Shown here: piece after piece, positions 9,802 through 19,473 of the stretch
Layout of the letters: each line of letters begins with the position of its first letter
Numbering within the stretch: the stretch's first letter is position 1
Assembly: GCA_965261005.1 (NCBI GenBank)
Contig: OZ253376.1
Span: 247,558-311,557, forward strand
Direction of reading: 5' to 3'
Source: Deinococcus sp.
GTDB taxonomy: Bacteria; Deinococcota; Deinococci; Deinococcales; Deinococcaceae
Length of the DNA: 64,000 bases
Translations under genes and position numbers: made by a program
Notes under the pieces: generated by a model
Seen by the model: the letters and a program-made list of their open reading frames with translations, nothing else
The model's database searches: none
Told to the model about the DNA's origin: nothing

Positions 9802-10881
9802 GTGAACGAGGCCCTGGACTTGTTTTTGGCCGACCACGCGCGGCTCTCGGACGGCGGCCCCGCCGTGCTGGCCACCTTGATCGCCACGCGCGGCGCCGCC
9901 TCGTCCAAGCTGGGCGCCAAGCTGTGGATTACGGAAGGCGGGACCATGCGCGGCAGCCTCACCCTCGGTAGCTGCACCGAGGGCTTTGTTCGCCGCGAGG
10001 CGGAGGCGGTGGCGCGCGGCGGCGGGTCTTCGCGTCTGCTGGTCGCCTTGGGGGACGGCGAACACTTCGACTTGGGCATGAGCTGCACCGGCCACATCGA
10101 GGTGCTGCTGGAGCGGGTGGACTTCGGCGCCCCGACCGGTCCCTCGTCCGTGTGGGCGCGCGCCGCAGCCCTGCGCGCCGCCGGGCGCCCGGCGGTGCTG
10201 ATCGCGCCCCTGTCGGGCGGGCCGGGGCGCTGTGTGCTGGAGGAGGATGGGCGCGTGACGGCCTTGGGCATGGCCCTGCCGGGCGAGGCCGCGCGCGAGC
10301 GGGCGCTGGCGCTGTTCGGGGGCGCTGAGGCGACCCAGCTGATCGAGACGCCGGAGGGCGCCTTTTTCCTGGAGCGCTGGGATCCGCCCGAAAAGCTGTT
10401 GATCGTGGGGGCTGGCCCCATCGCCGAGCCGCTCGCGCGGCTCGGCAAGACGCTGGGCTTTCATGTGACGGTGGTGGACGGCCGCCCGGAATTGCTGGAG
10501 CGCGGGCGCTTTCCTGAAGCGGACGTGCTGCGCGGCAGCTTGCCGGACGGCACGCTGGACGTGCCCGTTTGCGACGCGCACACCCATGTCGTGATCGCCG
10601 TTCACAACTACGGCCATGAGGTGCCGGTGCTGGAGCGGGTGCTGGCCAGCCCCGCCCCCTACGTCGCCATGATCGCCGGACGGCGGCGGGGGCGCGCGGT
10701 GCTGGACTTTCTGGCCCTGACCGGCGTGGCCCCCACCCAACTCGCGCGGGTGCGCACGCCGGCCGGGCTGGACCTCGGCGCGTCCTCGCCGGCGGGCATC
10801 GCCCTGAGCGTCCTGAGCGAGATCGTCGGGGTCGCGCACGGCCGGGTCGGCGGGCCGCTCACCTTGCCCTGCGCCCTCTGA
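9802..10881 (+). CDS. xdhC: XdhC/CoxI family Moco chaperone
   Basis: GMSCTGHIEV, LIVGAG, PAGLDLGASSPAGIALS; follows Mo subunit. Confidence 0.88.
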   Translation: MNEALDLFLADHARLSDGGPAVLATLIATRGAASSKLGAKLWITEGGTMRGSLTLGSCTEGFVRREAEAVARGGGSSRLLVALGDGEHFDLGMSCTGHIEVLLERVDFGAPTGPSSVWARAAALRAAGRPAVLIAPLSGGPGRCVLEEDGRVTALGMALPGEAARERALALFGGAEATQLIETPEGAFFLERWDPPEKLLIVGAGPIAEPLARLGKTLGFHVTVVDGRPELLERGRFPEADVLRGSLPDGTLDVPVCDAHTHVVIAVHNYGHEVPVLERVLASPAPYVAMIAGRRRGRAVLDFLALTGVAPTQLARVRTPAGLDLGASSPAGIALSVLSEIVGVAHGRVGGPLTLPCAL

Positions 10882-10883
10882 GC

Positions 10884-11489
10884 GTGGGTGGCGCGCCGGT
10901 GACGGCGCTGGTCCTGGCGGCGGGGGCGGCGCGCCGCTTCGGGCCGCCCAAGCAGCTCGCCCAGTTGGGCGGGCAGCCGCTGGTTCGCCGCGCCGCCCGG
11001 TGCGCCCTCGACTCGGGCGCGGGAAGCGTGCTGGTCGTGCTCGGCCGGGCGGGGGGCGAGGTCCGGCGGGCGCTCCACGGTCTGCCGCTCAATTGTGTGG
11101 TCAACCCCCACTTTGGGGCGGGCCTGAGCACATCGCTGCGCGCCGGCTTGGAAGCGCTGCCCCCGGACCACGCGGCGCTGGTGTTCCTGGGCGACCAGCC
11201 GGACGTGCCGGCCACCGCGGCGCGGGCGGTGGTCGCCGCCTACCGGGCGTCGGACCGGCCCATCGTCCTGCCCATTTACAACGGCGTGCCGGGCCACCCG
11301 GTCCTGTTCGGGCCGGAACTGCGCGGGGAGTTGCTGGCGGTGCGCGGGGATGAGGGCGCGCGCGCGGTCGTCGCGCGCGACCCGGCGCGCCTGGAGCGCG
11401 TTCACCTCCCCCTGGACGCCCCACGCGACATTGACACCGTGGCCGATGTGCGGGAATGGACGCGGCGGGAAGCGGAAGACGCCGGCTAG
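10884..11489 (+). CDS. mocA: Molybdenum cofactor cytidylyltransferase
   Basis: LAAG..RRFG.PKQL, LGDQP, GHPVLF, GDEGAR, DIDT. Confidence 0.85.
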   Translation: MGGAPVTALVLAAGAARRFGPPKQLAQLGGQPLVRRAARCALDSGAGSVLVVLGRAGGEVRRALHGLPLNCVVNPHFGAGLSTSLRAGLEALPPDHAALVFLGDQPDVPATAARAVVAAYRASDRPIVLPIYNGVPGHPVLFGPELRGELLAVRGDEGARAVVARDPARLERVHLPLDAPRDIDTVADVREWTRREAEDAG

Positions 11490-11496
11490 AACAAAG

Positions 11497-11520
11497 CGGC
11501 CCCGCAACAGTGCGGGGCCG
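11497..11520. terminator. GC-rich hairpin between convergent genes
   Basis: CGGCCCCGCA-acag-TGCGGGGCCG. Confidence 0.55.
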
Positions 11521-11573
11521 GTCCTGCCGTCAGCACCGCCCAAGTTCAGGCGAGAGGCGAGGGCCTACAAGCC

Positions 11574-11632
11574 TCATACGGATTCCGGAAAGTCAGTCAA
11601 CGAAGTTGAGGAAGGAAGCGGAATCCGTATCA
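11574..11632. repeat. Short intergenic inverted-repeat element (SNR/MITE-like), short version
   Basis: ATACGGATTCCG...CGGAATCCGTAT with inner GTCAACGAAGTTGA; modules shared with 22128-22380. Confidence 0.75.
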
Positions 11633-13222
11633 GGCCGTCAGAGGATTTGATGTCCAGACGCCGTCGATATAGCGCTGAAGGCCCAGCGGATTGGCGTCCC
11701 TGAGTTCCTCGGGCAGGCGGCCGTCACGCACGTGATCGAAGCTCTGAAGCGCGGCGAAGCGCGTCATGGCGGCGGGCAAACCGACGCTGGTAAATCCAGG
11801 ATGGGTGGTGGCGGGAAAGGGTCCCCCGTGCTGCTGCGCCGCACTGACGGCCACGCCGGTGGGCATGCGGTCGTTGAGGAGCCGCCCCACCCGGACCCGC
11901 AGCAGTGGGGCCAGCGCGTCGTAGAGGGGGTCGTCCGCGCCATCGGCCGCGCTGTAAAGGGTCCCGGTCAGGTTGCCCTCCAAGGTGGAGAGCGCGGCCC
12001 GAAAGCCCTCCAGCCCGCGCACCAGCACGACCAGACACACCGGACCGAACGCCTCTTGCCCCAGCACCTGCGAATTCCGAACCATGACCTCGCCCGGAAC
12101 GCTCAGCAGGGTGGGGGGGAAGCGGAATCCCGGCCCCGTGGCGTGGCCACCCGTTTCTATGCGCGCCCCAGCACCTTGCAGCCGTCCCACCACCTCTTCC
12201 AGATGCGGCGGCGCTTCCTGCGTGAAGAGCGCGCCCGGCGGGGACGCCGCGAAGCGCCGGGCAACCGCCGCGACGAACTGCTGACCGGCGTCGTCGTCCG
12301 GCGCGAACACCAGCCCCGGATTGGTGCAGAACTGGCCGCTGCCCAGCGTGCAGGACATGAACAGTTCATCCGCCACGGCTTCGAGCCGTTCGCGCAAGGC
12401 TCCGGGCAGGACGACCACTGGATTGACGCTCGACAGCTCACCGTAAAAGGGAACGGACTGTGCGTCCGCCGCCACCTTGAGGGCCAGGCCGCCCGCGCGG
12501 CTGCCGGTAAAGGCGGTGGCCGCCACGCGCCGGTCGCTCACCAATTGCCGGCCCAGCTCGGGAGGCAGGTGGTAGAGCATTTGAACCGTCCCGGCGGGCA
12601 GGCCCGGCGTGGCCCGCGCCGCCTCCAGAGCATGCTGGGCCAGCAGGCGCGACGTTCCAGGATGGGCCGGATGGGCCTTGGCGATCACCGGCAGCCCCGC
12701 CGCAATGGCTGCGGCGAAGTCGCCGCCGGACACGGCGTTAAAGGCGAAAGGAAAGTTGTTGGGACCGAAGACGACGGCCGCCCCCTGCATTGGGCCAAAC
12801 ATCGAGCGCAGCCCCAGCCGGGTGTCGATGGTCGGCCTGACCCACGAGCGTTCCCGGGCGCACTGCGCCGCCAAACGAAGCTGACCGGTGGTCCGTGGCA
12901 GCTCGTTTTGCAGCAGCCGCGCCGTGAGGGGCAGCGCGGTTTCCCGGTGGGCCGTGCGGGTCAGGGCGTCGGCGTCGGCATCGAGATAATCGGCGAAGCG
13001 TTCCAGGAACGCGGCCCGCACCTCGGCGGGAACCGTCTGCAAGGCGGCAGTCGCCTGCTCGGCGGCGGCCAGAACGGCTTCCAGATCGGCCGCTCCCGAG
13101 ACTGGATACTCGCCCGGCAGCGTCTCGCCCGTCTGCGGATCGAAAGCCGTGAAGGTGCTGCCCGTGTCAAGGGAGGGTTGCCAGGCCCCACCCACCGCCA
13201 CGGGAAAGACGTCGGCGGGCAC
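11630..13222 (-). CDS. NADP-dependent aldehyde dehydrogenase (alpha-ketoglutarate semialdehyde dehydrogenase-like)
   Basis: VFGPNNFPFAF, KAHPAHP, FTGS, ELSSVNP, GQFCTNPG, EAFGP. Confidence 0.88.
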   Translation of the reverse strand: MPADVFPVAVGGAWQPSLDTGSTFTAFDPQTGETLPGEYPVSGAADLEAVLAAAEQATAALQTVPAEVRAAFLERFADYLDADADALTRTAHRETALPLTARLLQNELPRTTGQLRLAAQCARERSWVRPTIDTRLGLRSMFGPMQGAAVVFGPNNFPFAFNAVSGGDFAAAIAAGLPVIAKAHPAHPGTSRLLAQHALEAARATPGLPAGTVQMLYHLPPELGRQLVSDRRVAATAFTGSRAGGLALKVAADAQSVPFYGELSSVNPVVVLPGALRERLEAVADELFMSCTLGSGQFCTNPGLVFAPDDDAGQQFVAAVARRFAASPPGALFTQEAPPHLEEVVGRLQGAGARIETGGHATGPGFRFPPTLLSVPGEVMVRNSQVLGQEAFGPVCLVVLVRGLEGFRAALSTLEGNLTGTLYSAADGADDPLYDALAPLLRVRVGRLLNDRMPTGVAVSAAQQHGGPFPATTHPGFTSVGLPAAMTRFAALQSFDHVRDGRLPEELRDANPLGLQRYIDGVWTSNPLTA

Positions 13223-14029
13223 TCAGACCACCGCCACGGGGTTGGCCAGCACGCCCAGCCCCTCGATCTCGATGCGGACCACGTCGCCCGCACGCAGGCT
13301 GAACTCCTCGGGCGGCACGATGCCGGTGCCGGTCAGCAGCACCGCGCCGACCGGGAAGCGTTGCGAGCGGAACAGATAACCCGCCAGGTCTTTGGGCCGC
13401 CGCTGAAGCTGGGCGGTGCTGGTCTCTCCCCGGAAGACGCGCTGGCCCTGACGCCCGATCTCCAGCGTGATCTTCAGATCCTGCGGCGTGGACACCTCGT
13501 CCGCCGTGATCAGGTGCGGCCCCAAGCCCAGGCAGCGGTCGTACACCTTGGCCTGCGGCAGGTACAGCGGATTCTCGCCCTCGATGTCGCGGCTGGACAT
13601 GTCGTTGCCGACGGTGTACGCGACGATTTCCCCCCTCGCGTCGAGAATCAGCGCCAGTTCCGGCTCCGGCACGTTCCAGCGGGCGTCCCCCCGGATGCCC
13701 ACCACCTCGCCAGGATCGGCGGCGCGGTTGGCCGTCGCCTTGAAGAACAGCTCGGGCCGCTCGGCGGTGTAGACGCGCTCGTAGACGTCGGCCACCTGCG
13801 ACTCGTGTTCGCGGGCCTCGCGGCTGCGGCGGTAGGTCACGCCCGAGGCCCACACCTCCTGGGTGTCGAGGGGGGCCAGGAGTTTGCCCGCCACAACGTC
13901 TCCCCCGGTCCCCAGCTCGTGCGCGCCGGAGAGCCAGCCGTCCAGGCCGTGGTCCAGCAGGTGATACTGGCCGCTTCGCCACTCGGCCCAGCGTGGTTGT
14001 CCGTCGATACTAAGTTTGGCAAGTCTCAT
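13223..14029 (-). CDS. Fumarylacetoacetate hydrolase family (2-keto-3-deoxy-pentonate dehydratase-like)
   Basis: [51 protein letters not shown]. Confidence 0.88.
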   Translation of the reverse strand: MRLAKLSIDGQPRWAEWRSGQYHLLDHGLDGWLSGAHELGTGGDVVAGKLLAPLDTQEVWASGVTYRRSREAREHESQVADVYERVYTAERPELFFKATANRAADPGEVVGIRGDARWNVPEPELALILDARGEIVAYTVGNDMSSRDIEGENPLYLPQAKVYDRCLGLGPHLITADEVSTPQDLKITLEIGRQGQRVFRGETSTAQLQRRPKDLAGYLFRSQRFPVGAVLLTGTGIVPPEEFSLRAGDVVRIEIEGLGVLANPVAVV

Positions 14030-14823
14030 GGCGTCTCCTGTTCGGGTGGATTGAACTGAAAGAGGCTGGCCCCGCCGTCGAGCAGCAGCGTCGCGCCGGT
14101 CATATAGGCGGCGTCCCCGGAGGCGGTGAAGCGCACCGCGTGGGCCACCTGCTCCGCCGTGCCGAGCGCCCCCAGCGGCACCACCCGCGCGATTCGCGCC
14201 GCGTACTGCGGTTCGGTCTGAAGCTGGCGTCCGGCCAGTCCGGCGGCCACGATGCCGGGCGCAACGATGTTGACCCGGATGCCGTGGGGGGCCAGCTCCA
14301 GGGCCATGACCCGCGCCAGCATCTTCAGCCCACCTTTGCTGGCGCAGTACGGGCCGTCTTCCGGCCACGGCACGTCCTGCACCCACGAGCCGGTGAAGAC
14401 GATCCGGCCTGCTTCCCCGGCCCGCACCATCTGACGGGCGACGGCCTGCGCCACGTGGAAGCCGCCGGTGAGGTTGGTGTCGATGTGCCAGGTCCAGTCG
14501 TCCTCGCTCACGTCCAGGAACGGGACGCCGCGGACCACCCCGGCGTTGGCGCACAGCACCTGCACGCCCCCGAAAGCCTCAACGGCGGCGTCCACCCAGG
14601 CGTCCACCTCGGCGCGGCGGCGGATGTCCGCGGCGCGGTACAGGGCCTGGCCCCCGGCGGCGTCCACCTCGGCGCGCCACCTGGCAGCTTCCGGTCCAGC
14701 CGCGTCGCGAAGGTCGCAGCCCACCACGTTGGCCCCGCGCGAAGCGAATTCCAGGCTGATGGCCCACCCCAAATCGCCGAGCGCGCCGCTGACCAGGACG
14801 GTCTGACGCTGAAACTCGCTCAC
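14026..14823 (-). CDS. SDR oxidoreductase
   Basis: [17 protein letters not shown]. Confidence 0.88.
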   Translation of the reverse strand: MSEFQRQTVLVSGALGDLGWAISLEFASRGANVVGCDLRDAAGPEAARWRAEVDAAGGQALYRAADIRRRAEVDAWVDAAVEAFGGVQVLCANAGVVRGVPFLDVSEDDWTWHIDTNLTGGFHVAQAVARQMVRAGEAGRIVFTGSWVQDVPWPEDGPYCASKGGLKMLARVMALELAPHGIRVNIVAPGIVAAGLAGRQLQTEPQYAARIARVVPLGALGTAEQVAHAVRFTASGDAAYMTGATLLLDGGASLFQFNPPEQETP

Positions 14824-15596
14824 TTTGGCATCGCTCCTCTTACGGTATAGCCGCCGTCCACCGGGTAGGCCCCGCCCGTGATGAAGCTGGCGTCGTCCGA
14901 GGCCAGAAAAGCGGCCAGCCGGGCCACCTCCTGCGGACGGGCGATGCGGCCCAGCGGGTGAATCTCGTCGAAACCGCGCCGCGCGCGTTCGGGCTGATCC
15001 TGATGGGCCAGGTACGCGTCCAGGACGCCGGTGTCCACCGTCCCCGGCACGATGGCGTTGACCCGCACGCCCTGCGCCGCGTGGTCGATCGCCATGGCGC
15101 GGGTGAGCGCGAGAATGCCCCCTTTGCTGGCCGAGTACGCGGCGATGCCGGGGTTGCCCACCACCGCCACCACCGAGGCGGTGTTGACGATGGCCCCGCC
15201 GCCCGCCCGGATCAGGTGCGGCAGCACGGCGCGCGAGCAGCGGAACACGCCGCCCAAATTCACGTCCATCACCCGCTGCCAAACCTCGTCGCTGGTGGCG
15301 TCCACGGTACCTTCCGGCATGAATCCCGCGTTGTTGAAGAGGACGCTGGGGGGGCCGAAGCGCTCCACGACGGCCTGCACCGCGCCGTTCACCTGCGCGG
15401 TGTTGGACACGTCGCAGCGCAGGGCCAGCGCGCGTTCGCTGCCGCCCTCCAAGCCCTCGGCGACCGGACGCGCGTCGGCCTGGTCGAGCAGGGCCACGCG
15501 CGCCCCCTCCTGCGCGAACAGCTCGGCGGCGGCCCGCCCGATCCCGCTGGCCGCGCCGGTCACGATCACCACCCGTCCCCCAAAGCGGGCCGTCAT
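14820..15596 (-). CDS. SDR oxidoreductase
   Basis: [17 protein letters not shown]. Confidence 0.9.
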   Translation of the reverse strand: MTARFGGRVVIVTGAASGIGRAAAELFAQEGARVALLDQADARPVAEGLEGGSERALALRCDVSNTAQVNGAVQAVVERFGPPSVLFNNAGFMPEGTVDATSDEVWQRVMDVNLGGVFRCSRAVLPHLIRAGGGAIVNTASVVAVVGNPGIAAYSASKGGILALTRAMAIDHAAQGVRVNAIVPGTVDTGVLDAYLAHQDQPERARRGFDEIHPLGRIARPQEVARLAAFLASDDASFITGGAYPVDGGYTVRGAMPK

Positions 15597-16381
15597 GTGC
15601 CGGCCCCGCAAATCCACACCTCGCCGTAGGCCATCAGCCTCGCCCCGGCTTCCGGCGCGTGGCCCCGCAGCGCTTCAAGAAACTCCGAGGGATCGGCGGT
15701 GTTGGCGGGCAGCAGCCCGTAGTGCATCGGCACGATTCGCCGCGCCCCGCTGTCCGCCGCGTACTGGGCGGCGTCGGTCCCGTCCATGTTGCCCCAGCGT
15801 CCGTTGATGGGGGTCAGCAGCACGTCGGGGGCGCAGCCGCGCACCTCGGTTGCCACCTCGGGCCGGTAGGTGGTGTCGGCGGCGTCGAGAATTCGCACGC
15901 CGCCCAGCTCCAGCAGCACGCTGATGGCGTCGGGGGTGGGGGCGCTGGGATGCATGTGGTCGGCGTGCAGCGCGCGCAGGTGGACCCCGCAGACCTCCAG
16001 TTCGTCCCCAGCCTCCAAGCGCTGGCAGCGTGACGCGGCCACGCCCAGAGTGCGGGCGTGGTCCAGGCAGGTCTGCGGCCCCACGAAGACCGCCCCGGCG
16101 TGTTCGGCGAGCGCCGGGATGGTGTCGGGATCGACGTGATCCAGGTGATCGTGGGTGAGGACCACCACCTCCGCCCGCACCGCCGACGGCTCGACGGGGG
16201 GCGCGAACCAGCGTCGCCAGCCGAGGCGCGGTTCCAGGCCGTTGGACAGGTAGGGGTCGATGTAGACGCGCACGTTCTCGGCCGTTCGCAGCGCGAAGCT
16301 GGCTTGACCGAGCCACCCCAGGGCCACCTGCCCGGCGGACAGCGGGACCGCCCCGAAACGGTCCAGAAACGCCGCGCTCAC
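15593..16381 (-). CDS. MBL-fold metallo-hydrolase (UlaG-like lactonase)
   Basis: WLGQASF, IDPYLS, THDHLDH, PINGRWGNM, PMHY. Confidence 0.87.
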   Translation of the reverse strand: MSAAFLDRFGAVPLSAGQVALGWLGQASFALRTAENVRVYIDPYLSNGLEPRLGWRRWFAPPVEPSAVRAEVVVLTHDHLDHVDPDTIPALAEHAGAVFVGPQTCLDHARTLGVAASRCQRLEAGDELEVCGVHLRALHADHMHPSAPTPDAISVLLELGGVRILDAADTTYRPEVATEVRGCAPDVLLTPINGRWGNMDGTDAAQYAADSGARRIVPMHYGLLPANTADPSEFLEALRGHAPEAGARLMAYGEVWICGAGT

Positions 16382-17532
16382 GACGCGCCCCGCGGGTCGG
16401 CATTGAGCGTGGAGTCGGGCGTGAAGAAGTTCAGGTCGCGCGGTTGGTACGGATGGCGGTCGGCCACCGCGTGGTTGAGGGCCAGTCCCAGCCCCGGCCC
16501 GTCCGGTACGCGGGCCATGCCGCCGCGCACCTCGATGGGGGGCGCGCAGATGTCGTCGCGCCACGGCGCGTCGCCGTAGAAATACTCCAGCCAACCGAAA
16601 TTCGGGGCGCAGGCGGCCAGTTGCAGGGTGATGGCGGTGCCCACCGGCCCGGCCGCGTTGTGCGGACACACCGTCACGCCGTACGCCTCGGCCATCGCCG
16701 TGATCTTGCGCGCCTCGCTGAAGCCCCCGCAGTGCAGCACGTCGGGCTGGAGGTACTGCACCAGCTGTTCGCCCAGCAAATCGGCGAACTCCGCGCGGGT
16801 GGAGAGCCGTTCGCCGGCGGCCAGCGGCACCCGGCTTTTGGCGGCCACCGCCCGCAGCATGGTGGGGGTGTCGGGCGGGGTGGGTTCCTCGAACCAGGTG
16901 ATGTCGAACTCGGCCAGCTTCTCGGCCAGCCGCAGGCCCGTGGCGGGGTTGAACCGTCCGTGGCCCTCGATCAGCAGTTGCACCCCGGGACCGACGGCCT
17001 CCCGGACGGCCCGGACGTTTTCCAGCGCGGCGCGTTCCTCGGGACCCGAGATGGTCAGGTAGGCCAGGTCGAACGGGTCCCACTTCATGGCGGTGAAGCC
17101 GTCGTCCACCACCTTCACCGCCCGCGCCACCACGTCTTGCAGATGCTCGGCCCCGAAATACCAGCCGTTGGCGTAGGCCGGAACCCAGGTCCGCACCGGC
17201 CCGCCCTGCAACCTATGAATGGGTACGCCCAGAGACTGGCCCAGCAGGTCCCACATGGCGATATCGAGTGCCCCCAGCGCCGTGTTCAGCACCGGCCCCT
17301 TGCGCCAGTAGGAGTCGCGGAACATCGCCAGCCAGTGGGTTTCGATGTGGGTCGGGTCCCGGCCGACCAGGTACCGCGAGAGGTCGGTCAACGCGCCCAC
17401 CACGGCCTGCTCCTTGCCTTCCAAGGTGGCCTCGCCCAAGCCGATCAACCCGTCGTCGGTGAGCACCTCCACAAAAACCCAGTTGCGCCATGCCCCAAAG
17501 ACCACCTGCGGCCTGATGGCGGTGACCTTCAT
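16378..17532 (-). CDS. Mandelate racemase/enolase-superfamily sugar-acid dehydratase (galactonate dehydratase-like)
   Basis: GLGEAT, ALDIAMWDL, K.DP, EGHGRF, FEEP, GER, QPD, PHN. Confidence 0.9.
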   Translation of the reverse strand: MKVTAIRPQVVFGAWRNWVFVEVLTDDGLIGLGEATLEGKEQAVVGALTDLSRYLVGRDPTHIETHWLAMFRDSYWRKGPVLNTALGALDIAMWDLLGQSLGVPIHRLQGGPVRTWVPAYANGWYFGAEHLQDVVARAVKVVDDGFTAMKWDPFDLAYLTISGPEERAALENVRAVREAVGPGVQLLIEGHGRFNPATGLRLAEKLAEFDITWFEEPTPPDTPTMLRAVAAKSRVPLAAGERLSTRAEFADLLGEQLVQYLQPDVLHCGGFSEARKITAMAEAYGVTVCPHNAAGPVGTAITLQLAACAPNFGWLEYFYGDAPWRDDICAPPIEVRGGMARVPDGPGLGLALNHAVADRHPYQPRDLNFFTPDSTLNADPRGAS

Positions 17533-18224
17533 GACGGATCTCCGGTCAGGTTGGCGGGCGTGGGTTCCATGCGGGCGAACACCAGGTGCAGGTGCGCCTC
17601 GAAGGCCCGCACGGCGCGGGCGGCCGAACCGGATTCCAAGGCGTCGATCAGCGGCTGGTGGGTGTCGGCCACCTCAAGGGAATCCCGGAAGTACTGGTCG
17701 CGCGTGGCGAACAGGAAGCGCCGGACATGGGCGTCGGTCACGTCCCACAGGCGCAGCAGCAGGGTGTGTCCTGAACATTCCAGCACCGAGCGGTGAAAGC
17801 GAACGTCCGCGTCGATCAGGGCCGTGCGGTCCGAACGTCGCGCCGCCCGCCGCATCTCTCCCAGGATGGCGCGCAGCGCGCTGAGGTATTCCGGCCGCAT
17901 GGCATCCAGCAGATGGACCACCGCCTGGCCCTCGATCACCGCCCGCACCTCGAAGATTTCGCGCATCTCGCTGAACGACAGGTCCGCTACCACCGCGCCC
18001 CGGTGGTTGCGCTGGATGATCAGCCCCTCGATGGCCAGCCGCTGCAACGCCTCGCGCACCGGGGCCTGCGAGACCCCCGCCTGTCGGGCGACGGCGAGTT
18101 CGATGATGCGTTCGCCCGGCGCGAGTTCGCCGGCGATGATTCGCTGACGCAGCTGCTGGAACAATTGCTCACGGAGCAATTCGGGTCTGACGGCGGATTC
18201 GATTTTGGCAGCAGTTGACGTCAC
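17529..18224 (-). CDS. GntR/FadR-family regulator (FCD domain)
   Basis: GELAPGERI..GVSQAPVREAL..EGL; DVRFH. Confidence 0.92.
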   Translation of the reverse strand: MTSTAAKIESAVRPELLREQLFQQLRQRIIAGELAPGERIIELAVARQAGVSQAPVREALQRLAIEGLIIQRNHRGAVVADLSFSEMREIFEVRAVIEGQAVVHLLDAMRPEYLSALRAILGEMRRAARRSDRTALIDADVRFHRSVLECSGHTLLLRLWDVTDAHVRRFLFATRDQYFRDSLEVADTHQPLIDALESGSAARAVRAFEAHLHLVFARMEPTPANLTGDPS

Positions 18225-18238
18225 ATGACCTCCCCTTG

Positions 18239-18370
18239 GGTTATCGGTAGATTATGGATTGGATGGCGCCCTGTCAATCCGCGTCTCTCCATAAAATGAC
18301 GCAATAGCGGCACCCAAACTCCTGCCCCGGCTTGACAATAGTTCAACCAGCTCCTAGATTACCGATAATC
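18239..18370. promoter_or_regulatory. Divergent promoters with candidate GntR operators
   Basis: + strand TTGACA(18332)-17-TAGATT overlapped by GATTACCGATAATC; - strand TTGACA(18277)-17-TAATCT next to GGTTATCGGTAG. Confidence 0.65.
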
Positions 18371-18446
18371 AAAACTTGAAGGAGGAATTCGGAATGCTGC
18401 CGGATCAGATGCTCTGCCAAGTGCTCGTCGTGCCGCCAGGAGGCGC

Positions 18447-19427
18447 GTGAAACGTTCCCCATCGGTCCAGAACGTCGCTGCGACAGTCCGTCCCCGGCGC
18501 GCCCTGCCGCAGGAATCCGGGGTGGCGCTCGCGCTGATCGTGCTGGTGGTGGTGCTGTCGCTGCTCTCGCCGTACTTTTTCAATTCGGGCAACATCCTCA
18601 ACGTGCTGCGCGGCATGTCAATTGTGGTGATCCTGGCGCTGGGGCAGACCCTGGTCATCATCACCGGCGGCATCGACCTGTCGGTCGGTTCGGTGCTGGC
18701 GCTCTCCAGCATTTCCGCCGCCGCGCTGATGAGCAATCTGGGCGTGAATCCCGCCCTCGCGGCGCTGCTGGGAATCGGGGTGGGGGCGCTCTGCGGGGCC
18801 GTCAACGGCCTGCTGATCACGCGCGCCCGCATCGCCCCCTTTATCGTCACGCTGGGCATGCTGTCCGTCGCGCGCGGCCTGACCTACCTGATTTCCAACG
18901 GCTCCAACATTCCCCTCAAGCCGGGGGTGGCGTATCTGGGCAACGGCTATCTCGGCCCCATTCCCCTGCCGGTGATCGAGATGTTCGCGCTGCTCGCGCT
19001 GATGGCCTTTCTGACCAACAGGACCGTCTTCGGACGTCAGGTGTACGCCACCGGATCCAACGAGCGCGCCGCGCGCCTCAGCGGGGTCAACATCGACCGC
19101 GTGCGCCTGCTGGTCTACGTCCTGATGGGCGCTCTGGCAGGCGTCGCGGGCCTGATCAACGCGGGAACGCTGGCCACCGCCGCCGTTTCCGACGGTCAGG
19201 GCATCGAACTCGACGTGATCGCCGCCGTCGTGATCGGCGGGGCGAGTTTGGCCGGAGGTCAGGGCAGCGTGCTGGGCGCGCTGCTGGGCGCGGCCATTCT
19301 CGCCGTGCTGCGCAACGGCTTCGTGCTGCTCAACTTTCCACTTCAGTTGCAGACCGTCACCATCGGCGTCGTGATCGTCCTCGCGGTCGGCATCGACCAG
19401 CTGCGCCAGCGGGGGCGCCCACGTTGA
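18447..19427 (+). CDS. Monosaccharide ABC transporter permease (RbsC-like)
   Basis: GGIDLSVGS, PFIVTLG, ELDVIAAVVIGG. Confidence 0.92.
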   Translation: MKRSPSVQNVAATVRPRRALPQESGVALALIVLVVVLSLLSPYFFNSGNILNVLRGMSIVVILALGQTLVIITGGIDLSVGSVLALSSISAAALMSNLGVNPALAALLGIGVGALCGAVNGLLITRARIAPFIVTLGMLSVARGLTYLISNGSNIPLKPGVAYLGNGYLGPIPLPVIEMFALLALMAFLTNRTVFGRQVYATGSNERAARLSGVNIDRVRLLVYVLMGALAGVAGLINAGTLATAAVSDGQGIELDVIAAVVIGGASLAGGQGSVLGALLGAAILAVLRNGFVLLNFPLQLQTVTIGVVIVLAVGIDQLRQRGRPR

Positions 19428-19473
19428 CCTGTCCGCCCGTCCACCCCGCCCGCCCACTGCCTTGGAGGAACGT

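Noticed and set aside
11732..14059. 775-aa + strand ORF, and similar long antisense ORFs (37015-39807, 31239-33041, 33934-35724, 62264-63901)
   Set aside because: Shadow frames of well-supported genes in GC-rich DNA; no motifs.
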